Assembly (NCBI GenBank): GCA_000165425.1
Contig: CT868040.1
Location: 1 to 64,000 of the forward strand
Reading direction: 5' to 3'
DNA: 64,000 nucleotides
Source of the DNA: Paramecium tetraurelia
Taxonomy: Eukaryota
The translations under genes were made by a program, and so were the position numbers. Positions 12,856 to 26,632 of the stretch are shown here, in pieces; the stretch's first letter is position 1; each line of letters starts with the position of its first letter. A model generated the notes under the pieces. It worked only from the letters and a program-made list of their open reading frames with translations. It did no database searches and was not told the origin of the DNA.

Positions 12856-13577
12856 TCAAATATCGAAAATTAATTCTACAAAAATTAAAAAGAAAACCAT
12901 AGACATAATCATAAAGAATTTTGCTAAATATTTCCTTCCTACCAAACCAAGATTATTTTCCAAAGTTTAATTATTTATCTCAAATAGAATTCTACCTAAT
13001 ATGAATATTTCAAAAAGTTACCAGGCCCAATCAGCTTAATTTTAGTGGTGTCTTTTAAATTCACTTCATATCGAACAAAGTCCTGTATACCCAAAATTGA
13101 ATTGTTTGGCACAATAATGGATTCTCCATCTCCAAGATCTTTATCAATGACTGTGCCATTAGTTTTTATAAAGATTAATTGCTATTTCGTCAGATCTTTT
13201 GTAAAGACAATCTTTTAATAAGTGGATTAGAAATGAAAGAATTGCCCAACTTCGGTAAAGTCATTAGCTGCTATAATTGATGATTCTTTGATTAGATAAT
13301 TATTAAAGATAGCAGCATCTAAAATCATCACCTTCCCATTAGCAGCACTTATCCCCACATAAGCTATATTATCCTTGCTAGTATTTAGAACTGTCACTTG
13401 ATTTTCTGTAATGAAATATGATTTTTTAGTTTATATTGATATATTGTCTGAATAGTATTGCACGTAGCTGTTTTAAGTGTTAATCTATTCCCCAGGGAGT
13501 AGAACGACTTGCACAACATTATCTCCAATGATTGAGAATTTAATTCCTTGTGTCAATAAGTTCTATGGATATTCCAT
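12856..13577 (-). CDS. AIM24-family protein with C-terminal hydrophobic anchor
   Basis: FSIIGDNVVQVVLLPGEQI, LIFIKTNGTVIDKDLGDGESIIV and KLIGPGRILFE match AIM24/TIGR00266-type motifs; one 26-nt intron; ends FFMIMSMVFFLIFVELIFDI-TGA. Confidence 0.75.
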
Positions 13578-13744
13578 TTATATTAAAATATTATTACAAT
13601 TTAAGAAGTCGAAGAGTCAAATATTAATCATATTTTCGGTATTACGACACACGATTAATAATAATTAAAATGATTAGTATATGTCTAATGAATTGCAAAT
13701 TGTTATGTAGGAGTACAATAATTGTATACTAAAATCTTGAATAT

Positions 13745-14036
13745 TCATTCTTTAAACTATTCGATAGTATTTCTGAGAGAATTGATGGCTTTGGTGAGGA
13801 TTTCATTTTAGTTTTAGATTTCAACCAAAATGTCTGCTTGAGGTTTATTTACAGATGATGTTCTTTGACGACTGAGAGGTCTCTTTTTTTCTGAGGAACG
13901 CATTTTATGTTGTTAAACCTTATATAAATGAGATCGCAGGTGATACCATTAATTTGTAGGGTTAGGATTCATCTTCTATTAGTCGTTACTGTTTATATTT
14001 TAACATAATATTATAATTCGTTTTTGGAGTACTCAT
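13745..14036 (-). CDS. Small hypothetical basic/coiled-coil protein (~87 aa)
   Basis: ATG 14036 (alternative 14006); a 28-nt GT..AG intron restores the frame into MRSSEKKRPLSRQRTSS..LRNTIEQFKE-TGA. Confidence 0.5.
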
Positions 14037-14055
14037 AGTAATTAAATATAAAATA

Positions 14056-15257
14056 ATGAAACACTTCGTCGTGTTAGCCTTGATTGCGTGCATCTATGCA
14101 ACATCTGTAACTGAGATGACTGACAGACTTGCCCAGTATGGTGATCATCCATTTGGAAAGTCAATGGTCAATTTGGTATCTGTCAACATGAAGACCGGTG
14201 GATCACTCAATGAATTGAAACAACTCTTGTAATAGATTAAGGATGAACTCATTGCTCTCACTCAATTACAAGATTCAGAAAATGCCACTTTCACTCGTAG
14301 AAGCCAAGTTGATTTGGCTAAATTACAAGCTACTTTAGAATAAGCATAAGCTGATTTGGACAATCAAAGACAAGAACAATCAAGTCTTAGTAACGAGTTA
14401 GCTACTCTCTAGACCAGAGTCAAGGAAGGTAATCTCTTTCTTTAATCATTACTTTGCAGATCAAGCCGCTTTAGACAGAAACAGTAGAGGAAGTGGAGAT
14501 GCTCAATCTAGATTGGACGCAGAAAACACAGATTTCTCAGCTAAATATTAAGACTACAGTGATGCCATTCTCGCTTGTAAGGAAGCCTAAAGATTGCTTT
14601 TGAACTTGAGAGGAGAAGGAGCATCTTTGATTTAACTTACGTAAATTTTATTTTTAATAATCCATTATAGTTAAGACACCAAGAGCAATCTCCTCTAAAC
14701 CAAAGAGAATTTCTAGAAAATCAAGGAGATTTTGGAGGCTCATACCAAGAAGAGCTCACTTACCTTATTCCAACCAATCATTGAGGGATTAGCTGAAATG
14801 ACAACCAAGGTTAATCCAGAAACTTTGAATAATGTCTTGAGTTTAGTGGCCCGTTTGATTACTGCCTTACAAGAGGGACAAGATCAATTGGAAGCCAATC
14901 ACAAGACTTAAGTAAATAGAATTTTTCATTTGTAGGTCGAAAACTTGAGCAGATTAGGTGATGACTTGAGAAATGAAAAATAAACCTTATAAGTCTCCTT
15001 AGCCACAGCCAACAACAGACTTAAGGAAATTTAATCAAGACTCAACGAATTAGATGGTTTGATTAATATTTCAAATGCTTTGGTTGAAGTTACTCAATTG
15101 AACATTTAAGATGCCACCAAAATCAATGAATTGGAGGACTCAGAATATAGCAACCAAAAAGTTAGTAGGTATCAATATATATTAATAATTAAGATAAACT
15201 GAAATTGATATAGTTGATAGATTGATCGAATATATCAATCAAAAACTATCTGAATGA
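14056..15257 (+). CDS. Trichocyst matrix protein precursor (different TMP subfamily)
   Basis: Signal peptide MKHFVVLALIACIYA; HPFGKSMVNLVSVNMKTG/GSLNEL; ASLIQ motif; acidic coiled coils; ends IVDRLIEYINQKLSE-TGA; 4 short introns. Confidence 0.88.
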
Positions 15258-15381
15258 GTTGACACAATTATATCCACAAAATAATTTTAAACAGATTTAT
15301 AATCAATATCAGTTATTATTTTTAATTTCATAATTCTATAATCTAAAATAGATAGAATTTATTAATTATTATACTAATAAA

Positions 15382-16886
15382 ATGAGTGAAGATGATTAGG
15401 TGTTGGGGAAAATGGATTAGCAGTCGTACAAAATAGTCAAAGAGTAAAATGAACAAATTTAAGTTACAATTACAGAAAAAAATGATTAAATTGAGAAATT
15501 ATAAGCTATATAGAGAGAATTAATATCAAGAATAGAGGAAATGTCTAAGGATCTTGTAAATCAAGACGAAGTACTTCTAAATATGATAATTTAGTAAAAA
15601 ATAGTTTTGGAAAAGAGTATTGAAAAAATCAGAAGTGAAGATGAATCTAAATAGTTTAAATTGAAAGATCAATTGATTCAATTCGAACAAAGATATACCG
15701 AATAAGAAAAGCTGAATGAAATATCGTTCAATTAATAAAAATTCAGAGAACCAAATAGATATTTTTGTGATGTAGTTTATAGATATATATTAAGGTATAA
15801 AAATGCAAGGACGGAAAAAATTAATTGAAAGTCTTGTTCCACCCCGACTTTAAAATTATAAAGTTATCGACCGATATTCAATAAAAATCTATGAATTTTA
15901 TTGCTTACTTGGAAAATAATGATATTTCTCATGTGATTTAACAAAAATTTCAAACAGATTCAAAAAATAATAAAGTTATTTAAGGAAATGAAGTAACCCT
16001 TAAAATCGAATGATATTTTTGATTTAGTAATATAATAAGATAGTAGTAAAAATACATAGTATAATATTAATTTTATAATGAAAATATGTTTAATTAAACA
16101 ATGACTCAGAAAATGAATCAAGATTAAACTCAGCAATAAACCAATAAATAAAGTAGTCTAAATTCTATACTTTATTTAAATGAATAAAAACAAATGCTGC
16201 TATTGCTGAATATTGATGTAAATTGGCTTAAAATTTAAGCATTTTCTTGTAAAACAAGAGGACAATTACAGGATAGGTTATAGATCGATTTAGCAATGCG
16301 AAATCTCTCTATTAAGAATTCTATTTAAAACTGGCGCAAAAGGAAAGACTCTAATGTAGAGTTTTAAGCACCAACCACCAAATTACCATCCTAACATGCA
16401 CAAAATTAATAATTAAATTAAAGGTTCATAGAATAAAAATCAGTTGAATTACCAATGCTCAAACCTATCTCATATGCCTTTAAATAAATATAGAATAAAT
16501 ACAAGCAAATTGGCAAGTCGAGACAAAAAAAGACTCCACTTCATTTGTCTGCTATATAATGTCCAATAAATAATGTAGAATTCAAGAAGCCAGAAATCAG
16601 TAGGTCTATTAACTCTAGATTACATTCTAATAAATTTAAAACAGTCATAGAGTTTAAAGTTGTACAAGAAAATAAATTTTTTATGATCTCAGATTAAGGA
16701 AGAGAAATTAATAATATTTAACCTTAATTGAAACTTAGGGATTAAGTAGACACCTTATACTCCTAATTTTTTGGAAATATTAATAGAAAAAGGGCAGTGA
16801 CTATGTGTAATGGACAAACAAATGAAATTGACTTTGAATATAAAACAACTAACTTGGAGGATAAAATAAAAGTACACAAATTTTGA
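15382..16886 (+). CDS. Hypothetical coiled-coil protein
   Basis: ATG 15382 MSEDDQVLGKMDQQSYKIVKEQNEQ.., long code-6 frame with a short intron, ends KIKVHKF-TGA; internal structure not fully verified. Confidence 0.6.
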
Positions 16887-17557
16887 AATACCTTTCATTC
16901 TATTTATCAATAACAAAATTTTACTATAAATCGATATTATATATATTAAATAATTTGAATTCTACTAATTCAACTGTCGCTCTTCCTGAGTAAAGAGTAG
17001 CTGTTATTATAGATTCTATGAAAATGTTACCTTATTTCTATTTGATTTAATTCCAAATACACATTTACTGAAGTAAGAAAAATTAATATCTAATCTAATT
17101 TGTAACAACTTTTACATTATGATTTTATAGATAACATCAGAAATAAATTATAATCTTGCATATTTATATCATTACTATTTTCTAAATACTAACATTCTTG
17201 ATATATTTAAGGCTTGTTAGCCAATAAAATGTTATTTTCATTCATATCTTAGAAGGATAAACATGGGATCAAACATATTATTATGATTTGCATATTATTT
17301 TTTTATAAGGCTTAATCATAACTTTAAATAGAATTAATCATAATTCAATTACAAGAATACTAGTTTATAATTAAAGCTTATATATTAATAAAGCTATGAG
17401 TACTCTAACAAGGAGATAATAGTCTTTTCAGATTATATTCAAATTTATTCTTCTACCATATAGTTTCTAAATAGAAAAAAATGTTAAGCCTTTTGAAATC
17501 TAACTCATTTATTCTCTTAGGTATTCATTAAAATTAATTTTATAAATTATATTATCA

Positions 17558-18049
17558 TCAACTTTTTGAACGAATTATCGATCTACGAAATAATATTGCA
17601 TTTGCAATAGTACTGCATTCTAAGAGTAGTGGCAGTAAGCAAAATAAACTAAAAATCGCCCAAATATAATCATAATCCCAAGAATCCAATATAAACCATG
17701 CTAAAATTACAGAACCTAGAGAATGTAATAATATTTCTAGATAAAAAATTAATGTTATTCGCATACATATTAAAATTGTTTTTTCAAAATGCATAGTCCA
17801 TCCTGTGGAAAGGATTATCATTTCAACAGCTAGAAATATGACCGAGAGTGTGACACCAGCTTATAAGCTTGATTTAATAACAATGTACTTACGATGATTC
17901 AGCCAATTGATCATTTGGATAATTGAGCAAATTTTCATACTAAGATGATATATATTTGATACCTGTGATTGATAGATGACACATGTTATGATTAATTGGA
18001 CCATTTGACTTACAAATTTTGCAGGGACAAGAATTTCGGCTGCAGACAT
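17558..18049 (-). CDS. TMEM107: TMEM107, ciliary transition-zone tetraspan protein
   Basis: MSAAEILVPAKFVSQMVQLIIT.., VEMIILSTGWTMHF, LHSLGSVILAWFILDSWDYDYIWAIFSLFCLLPLLLE match the TMEM107 pattern; two short introns. Confidence 0.88.
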
Positions 18050-19281
18050 TTTAATTTTAAATTTATATATTTTTATTTAAGGGAAGGTAATATTGAAGTT
18101 GATTTCATTAATGACAATAAGAATCATTTAACTCATAGGATATATGGTAACATAATAAATCGACTTTATGATTGACTACCTAGATTGAAGAATTAATTAC
18201 CAAATAAAAAATGCTAGGTCTCATCAATAATCCTCCAAAATTTAAAAAAAAGAAATAGAGCGTTTCGATTAATTTTGTTCTAACTTTTTAGTTAAATAAA
18301 TAAAAAGAACTTATTTTGGATAATGAAACTTTAAAATTCGAAGCAACTATTGTTAATCAAAAGCATTTTAGTGTCCTTATTTTAGCATATAGAATTCTAA
18401 TGTACAAACAAATCAAGTGATGATGATGATAAATAAAATAGAGTGTAATTTAAGCAATGAGTTTTGAAACAGAATAATAATGAAGATTTGATAATTTCAA
18501 TCAATTAGGAACAATGGTGATTGTTTATAAATACATATTAGTAAAATTTAACTTTATTATTTCAATATATGTTTATTTTAACAATTAGATTGACTACTTA
18601 GACTATTAATAATAAAAGTTCTAATTATCATATTATGAAAATCTGTTGTTAAACATTAATTCAAGTATAGATCAGAATAAATCAAAAAATTTAATTAACA
18701 TAAACATTGCGTTTTATTCTTCATTCTATTTCTATATATATATTATTTCTATTAATCTAAAATTCTATTTTCGTGATTGTATTAAAAATTTCACACTCCC
18801 TAATTTGAAGATGAAAAATAAATTGAATAATAAGGTGAATAATTTAAATCAAATTTAATTAGAAAATAAGAATAAATTGAAATTCTAGAGATGAGATATG
18901 AAAATTGGCCCCCAAGAGAGTTCTATTTTATTTGTGCTTCTCTTGTTGATTAATGATAGGAATAGGGCAGCCTAAATTTAATTTTAACAGCAATTAAATC
19001 AACTAGAATATATTTTAATTAAAAACCATTGAGTTTAATTCTTATTATAAACTTCATAGTGGCATTTGAATAATTAAAATTCTAAATAATTAATTAAATT
19101 TGCGGAATATTCAAAATAATATATTATTGAGTCTGAAAATAGGCCTAGGTGATGGGGACAGCCTATTGGAAATGAAGGGGAATATAAAGAACATTCTAAT
19201 AATCGAATAATCGAGATTTATATGTTTAAATAAATTTTATGATTTAATATTTAAAAATACAAAATTTGTGATAAAAAAACA

Positions 19282-22200
19282 ATGAGTTTATAAGAATAGC
19301 TTCTTAATGTGATCCATGGTGTGTTCTCGCCAGATAATGCCACCAGATAAAAGGCAGAGGAGTTACTAGCCTAATATAGAGATTCTTAGCCAAGTGAATT
19401 TGTCACTGCAATGCTCCATCTATGCAGACATGAAGAATTAAAAATCAGATAGTTTGCTCCAGTGTACTTGAGAAACTCACTCAGTAACTATTCCCCCAAA
19501 AGTCATAAAAATGTATGGAGCCTTCTTGCTCCTGAGACCTAGGAGATAGTTAAAGTGTCATTGTTCTAATTGTTGGAACTCGAAACAAGTTCGAATGTGA
19601 GAAGCCAATTGTGTGACACAATAGGAGAACTAGGAGGATCACTCTTTGAAGATGAAACCAAAAATTCTTGGCCCAATCTCTTATAAACCTTGTGGTAATT
19701 GTTCTTGTCCCCAAAAAATGACTTGATTGAATGTGGATTCAAGATCTTAGCTAATCTTTTCACCTACGCAATTGATCTATTCAATAAGCATTAAGCAGAT
19801 CTTCACACTTTGTTCATCTAAGGTCTTGCTAGTTAAGATCAAAAGATTAAAACAGCCACAATCTAAGCAATTGGTAATTATGTAACAACATCTGAACCCA
19901 AGTAATACAGAGTATTCCAAGATCTCATCCCCAATCTAATGTAATCAGCATTGTCTGTCACAATCGCAGATCAATCTTTGGGTGAAGACATCATGGAAAC
20001 CTTCTCTGAAATCGTAGATGCCGAGCCAAAATTCTTTAGAAAGCAAATCAACGTATTTTTCAATGGAATTGCAGCCATCTTCAGAGAATCGTAAATTGAA
20101 TAAGGATTAAAGAGAATCGGAACAGAAACCTTGATAAGTTTAGCTGAGAAATTCCCAAGAGTCTTTAAACAAGACAAATAATACCTCAGTCAATTGGTAG
20201 AGATGATCTTCTTCCACATGATCCAAATAAGCTAAACAGTATCAGAAGAATGGATGAAACCAGCTGAAGGATTCAACGATGATATCCAACAAGACGAAGA
20301 TTGTGAAACCACAAGATTCGGTATGTCTTCAATTGATAGACTGATCGAATCTATTGGTGATAAGGAGATGTTACCAGTATTAAGTCCAATTGTTAATTAA
20401 TTATTACAACATTAAGATTGGAGATATAAATATGCTGCCATTTTGGCATTATCATAAGTTGGTGAATACATCGAGGAAGTGGCTGAAGTCAAACCAATCA
20501 TTGATTTAGTGTCTCCCATGTTGGGTGACTCAAATCCTATGATTAGATATGCAGTTTGTCATGCCATTGGTCAAATAGCTGATGACATGAAGCCTAAATT
20601 CTAGGAAAGCTACTTGCATCTCATAGTGCCCTAATTCTTAACCAGATTGTAAGTTGAAGATGTTCCAAGAGTCACATCCCACATTTTGGCTGCCTTAACC
20701 AATTTTGTCGAAGGAACTGAAAAGGGAATCGAATCATACTTGCAAAACCTCATCCAATTGACAATCCAATATTTGAACAATGGAATTTCAATTGTCAAGG
20801 AGAATGCCATGAGTACTTTGGCTGCTACAGCTGAATCTAGCAAATAATAATTCCTTCCTTACGTTAATGAGATCGTTCCATTGTTATTCTAGGTGTTCTT
20901 GAATCATCAAAACAAGGAATATAGATAATTGAAGGGATAGACAATAGAGACCATCACCTTGATAGCCTCAGCTGTTGGTTAAGCCTCATTTTAACCATTT
21001 TTGGCTGAAACAGTCAGAATTTTGATCCAAGTTCAAACAAGTCAATTGGAAGCCGTTGATCCTCAAAAATCATACGTTCTCTCTGGATGGTAGAGATTGG
21101 CTTTGGTTTGTCCTCAATAAATCGCAGTTTACTTGCCTGAAATCATCCCATCATTGTTCCAATTGGTTCAATAAGTATTCAAAGTACACACAGGAACTGC
21201 TGATGAAGAATTCCACACTTATGATAATGAAGAAGCTGAAGTGGCCATTCATATGTTATCTGTGTTCATTGAAGAATTGAAAGAATCATTCTTCCCTTAC
21301 TTTGATTCATGCACTCAATTGATCGTGCCTCTCTGCAATTTCAATACCGACGAAAACATTAGAAGTGCTGCCTGCAAATGTTTAGTTAGTCTCATTGAAA
21401 ATGTCAAAGCTACAAACAATGTTTAACAATTGGTCAATGGAGCTAAATACTTCTTGGGAATCATCTTGGAAGCTGCTGAAAAAGAATTCGATCCCATGGT
21501 CATCATTGAATAAGTCGATTGCATCAAAGAAATCATTGACATCGTTGGACAACCATTCATGACAACCGACGAGGTCACTTAACTTTCAGACAAAGTCTTT
21601 AAATTGTTGTTGGAATCAGACAAGAGAAAGGCTGAGAATGAGAAGATGTCTAAGGAAGAAGATGTTGACGAAGACGAAAAGACTGTCATCAAAGAGGAAA
21701 CAGAAACTGAAGAAGAACTCCATGTTAAAATTGCTGAATGCATTGGATCCATCTTCAAGACTCACAAAGATTAAGTCTAACCATTATATGAAGTCATTTG
21801 CAATCAAATCTTACCCAAAGTCTTGGACCCAACCTAATCTCCAAAAATGCACCAATTTGGTATCTTCCTCATTGATGACATGGTCGAATATTTGGGATAC
21901 CCATATGTCTAAGGCAAACTCAATGATTTCGCTCAAGCCCTGACAGTTTATGCTGTTGATAAGGTTTGCTTTGTCAGATAGGCTGCCGTCTATGGAATTG
22001 GTATCATGGCCCTCAACACACCAGAGGTATATTAAATTTAAATATCATAATAGTAATTGTACATCAATGTTGCTCCCATGTTATCCAAAGCCCTTGTCGA
22101 TTCCTTAAAGGTCGAAAAGAACCAAGACGACACAGAAAAATAACATGGACATGCCAGAGACAATTCGATCGCTGCCTTAGGAAAAATCATCAAATATCAA

Positions 22201-22570
22201 TCAAAATCCTTAGGAGGTGATCTTGCCTAAGGACTTCAAACTTGGCTACATTTATTACCTCTCAAATATGATAAACCAGAAGCTCGTCTTCAACACGAAT
22301 AATTGGCAGACTTTGTCATTGCAGATTGCAATCAATTGGTAAATGGAAAACCAGAAAATGCTTTACAAGTATTATCTTAAATTAATATCTTTTTAGATTC
22401 TCAAAGTATTTGCTAATTCCTACAAGACAAAGAGATCTAGTGAAGCTATTGATACAAAGATTTCAAGTGCCTTGAAAGTATTTGAACAAACCCAAGGACA
22501 AAATGTTTAAGCTATCTTTGGAATGTTAAGTCAAGAAGAGTAGAAGAAGCTCTTGGAAGTATCAAAATGA
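19282..22570 (+). CDS. IPO5: Importin-beta family karyopherin, importin-5/Kap121 type
   Basis: FSPDNATRQKAEE, SSIDRLIESIG, DWRYKYAAILALSQVGEY, LKGQTIETITLIASAVG, VRQAAVYGIG, ARDNSIAALGKI, WLHLLPLKYDKPEA; HEAT repeats; 2 introns near the 3' end. Confidence 0.93.
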
Positions 22571-22590
22571 TCAGTATTGTGTATTCTAAC

Positions 22591-25500
22591 TCATAAATTA
22601 AAAAATTTATCAAAAATTTCTAAATCATGGATTATCCTCTTCTCCTCATGAATCCGGATATCCTCTGCTGTTAATTACAAATCCTCCATCTGCTCCTCTA
22701 ATTTTCGATGGTTCTATATTTATATTCATATAATGTACCTTCATGATCTCATTCTCTTTTATCAAAATTTGTCTTCTTTTCATATCAACTCCATCACTTG
22801 CATTTCTATTGGCTAAAACACTCTCCAATTGCATTTTTACTTTCGGATTGCATATGTGACAGAAAGGCTACTATAAACAACTCTGGTGTGTTGAATGAGA
22901 ACACTTTCTAATTAAAATGTGTTGATGTTAGTCAATCGTAATCAATTCATCGCAATTACTACACACATTCTAAATTTCTGGACTACTAGCCTAGAAAAGT
23001 AACATATTATACATTTTGATGAAATATTTGTTACTTAAATCCAAGGTACGTTTGCAATTCAATAAAATAACTTTTATACTAGATTCTATACTTTACTCTT
23101 TCATCATAAATCAAATTCTTAAAACTCCATTTAATCCACACCAATCTGAAGATTTCTATTTGTTCTTCCATCAAATTAATCAGTTCCTCAATACTCAAAA
23201 AATTGTAAAATTCACACAGTCTTGTATTGATCACCTATAAAATTGGTATCATATTTTGATAATTTTGTTTAGTGATTTATTCCGATAAAGCCCAAATCTG
23301 AGAATGAGTCTCTTGATTGAAAAGTTGATGACCTATTTCTAAAAATGTGTTCTTATCATTATGAGATAGATTGTCTTTGCATGTCTAAAATAGCAAATCG
23401 AATTTCAAGTTCAAAATCTCCTTTGAAAAAGACTATAATGTAAAGCATTCATGTAAGTAATCAAGCAAGTTTTATATGAAAAATTTCATAGCCATATCAA
23501 ATTTACCAACTCTTGCATATATGTATCCCAACCCTTCTTTGTGTTTTGTTTCTAAAAATATAATCTCCAAATCATCCAAAGCAAAATTATGAATCTTATC
23601 TAAAACCTGATGAGGTGTGTGAATGCAACATGCTGTGATTAATAAGGTTCGTAAATCTTTATTAGATGGCCCTAATGACTGAAATAACTCCATGTATCCA
23701 TCAGTAATTTACTCTCTCTTCATCAACTTGTATTGTTCTTAGGTGGATAAGGTAGGGACTATTTATTTTAGGATCTGCAAAGTTTAACTATTTCCCAAAA
23801 GAGTATCAAAGTAAAAATCCAAGGCTTTTAAAGTTTGTTCTCTTTTTAAATTGAGTTGTCTTTCAAGCCAAAGCATAAAATACTTTTTATTTATTTTCAT
23901 CAAGCACAGATCAATCTACTTATAGATATCAGGAGCAAAGAGTGACTTAATATAGTTATCATTTGACAATTCAAACAGCTCATTTCTTAAAAGAGGTTTC
24001 AAATCAAATTATTCCAAAATGTTTATTATTAATTAGAAATTCTTACTATCAGATACAAGATGTTTTAATGATCTTACGTATATTTCTTCATAAAGCACCA
24101 TACCCTTTATTGACCCTATAAATTTACTAAATTCAATCCCCAAAGCATGATGGGTGACAATTAATTATGACAAACTCTAATAAATTTTATTTATAAAAGC
24201 CACTAGGATAGGTTTTTGGTGATTGAAATACTTTTATAATTATTGAGAATTGAAATATGAGGAATAGTTCATAGCAATTTTTAGAATTTCGAAAAGTTCT
24301 TTTGGGAAATGAATTCCGAAAATCGTTAAAATGTCTTCAATTAACAACCACATAATGACTTATTCGAAAGCATGTTAAAACCTATCTTAGGGAATCCTTT
24401 CATTTGGGAATAAAATCTATTGAAATGTCAATTGAATAAACCATAGCGATTTCAATAACATGATTTAATTCTTGGTTTTCAAAAAGTTGGAGTACATCTT
24501 TTATAATGGAGTAATATAATCATGATCAATACGAGGACAGACAACCATTAATGGTGTATATAGGTCATTTTCTTGACAAATTTAGAATATAGTAGTCATA
24601 TCAAAGCCCTTTGGATCTAATGACAATATTAATTGTTCTACAATTTCTGATTTATTTATCACTTTATAATGTGTAGATATTTGAAGTAGTAAGTCATTTG
24701 GAATTTGTTTAATTTACTTAGTTAGAATAAATTCTTCTAAGGATGCCAACAATTACGAATATCGATGAAACTTAATTAAAAGCGTCTTCATGCCAGTAAA
24801 GATATATTACTGTTAATTGCAATGAATACAATATTAAATAGCTTAACATATAGTTTAAGACCATTCTTCGTATTTAAATTATTCTGAAACCTTTTACGAC
24901 TCAATACTTTATCCAACTAGATTAATAAATGTTCTGCAGATATCTATTGAAATGTCAGAAAACACTACCCTTTAATCATAGGTAGTTTGAGGGAGTGCAA
25001 AACAATGGACTTAATTCCAATATAATGTAATTCCAAAAGATAAAATATCATACCAATTTTATTTAGTTTCTGCTTTATCTATCATCACTTTCAAATAATC
25101 CGACCACATCTGCAGTTTAATCCTTTTAACTAATGGGAGAGTCAGAATGTAAATGAATCTAGCATTAGAAGTAATGCAATTCACATAGACAGAGACCATT
25201 TATTAGCCATTATTAATTTATAATGGAAAATTCATTATATCTCCTAAAGGTGTGATTGATTAAATTGCTTTTTCTGTTTTATTGGACAAATAATTCATTT
25301 ATTTTCTTAGTGTATTTCTAGAATCTTCAGTAATGATATCTCTATTAAAAAACTAAGTATTTAAAGTAACAATTTAAAATTCTTTAGTCAGAACTACTAA
25401 CATATCCCTAGATAACCAATTACAAGAAATAATGGTATTTAAAATAAAAGAATATTTTTAAATCAATTGTTGTTTTTCAACAATGTAAATTTCAATATGC

Positions 25501-26619
25501 GTTCCCCAAGATACTGCTAATGCAATCTCAACCATTTCAGTGTATTCTTCTGTGTTGGTAAATTATCCCCAACTAGTACAAGGATATGTTTAGCCGTCTA
25601 TCTATCTTTTGATTCGTTTTATAATTTATGATTACTAATCTACTTTCATCACTATGACTTACTCTAAACATGAGAAGGCAATATACTCCTATTTCCAAAT
25701 AGAAATTTGATAAAATGGATGGATCTGTCTATATGAATGTTAATAATGGTTACCTTGGCATCAGTTTTTCTATTTCAATCTAATGTGACCAGAGCATTTT
25801 GGTGATCTTACATATAGAGGTTTAGCCCAAGTAATCAGAAATGATGAATTAATTTTCATTGAAAAACTTCAATGATAATAAAGGTTCTTAATGTTTAATT
25901 TGTTTTAATTGACTCTTAGTGTTTGGATCCCATAAGATGATTGCGCAATCTTCATAGCCAGCAACTAAAAATGATTAAGTGTTGTCAATTGCACTGACTT
26001 TAGAATTGTATTTCAAAACTGCGCTTAGTTAATATAAATACCAATGAAATCATCATTAGATGCAGAATAAACTAAAATCTCACCAATTGAAGTTCCTATT
26101 GACAAGAGATTGAATTAGAAAGCAAGGAGACAAGGCTGACCAGATAATTTCTTTAATTGATTAGAAATTAATTGTAAATCTTGGATCTCAATATTTTCAA
26201 TTTCGATATTATTGTTAATTAATTCTACATTCTCCAAGGTTGTTTCCTTGATGATTCTCTCTTATTTGTCAATTTAATCAATTAATGATTGAGGTTCTAT
26301 TTCATCTTCATTATTTGAGGATATCTCAATTTTAACTTCTTCTGTGTATTATTATTCGAACTCCTACTCAATATACTTCAATATTAATTCTTCATATTCT
26401 TTTTTTTCACCCTTTAGTGTCACTTTTAATTTTTGTTTTTTCTCGCTCAAAATTTAATTAGCCTTGGATTTTCAAACATAATCTTACTTTTTCAATGTTC
26501 AAATCTTTTATAGAATTGTCACTTTCATTTAGGATATCATCGATCTCTAGATTGGATGCATCATTCAGATCATTTTCATCTTCTGCCAATAAATCCTCCA
26601 AATTAAACATTAAATTCAT
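22591..26619 (-). CDS. VPS8: Vps8 (CORVET subunit): acidic N-terminus, WD40, alpha-solenoid, C-terminal RING-like
   Basis: LSIGTSIGEILVY, LVAGYEDCAIILWD, LAVSWG, LEEFIL, EQLILSLDPKGFDMTTIFQICQENDLYTPLM..DYITPL, C-terminal CSHSTHQSC..CHIC; start could be 26619 or 26610. Confidence 0.85.
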
Positions 26620-26632
26620 ATAAATATAAAAA

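Noticed and set aside
9133..14036. Lanthipeptide (RiPP) gene cluster around the LanC-like gene
   Set aside because: No LanB/LanM dehydratase, transporter or Cys-containing precursor nearby; the small ORF at 13745-14036 has no Cys; motifs fit stand-alone eukaryotic LANCL.
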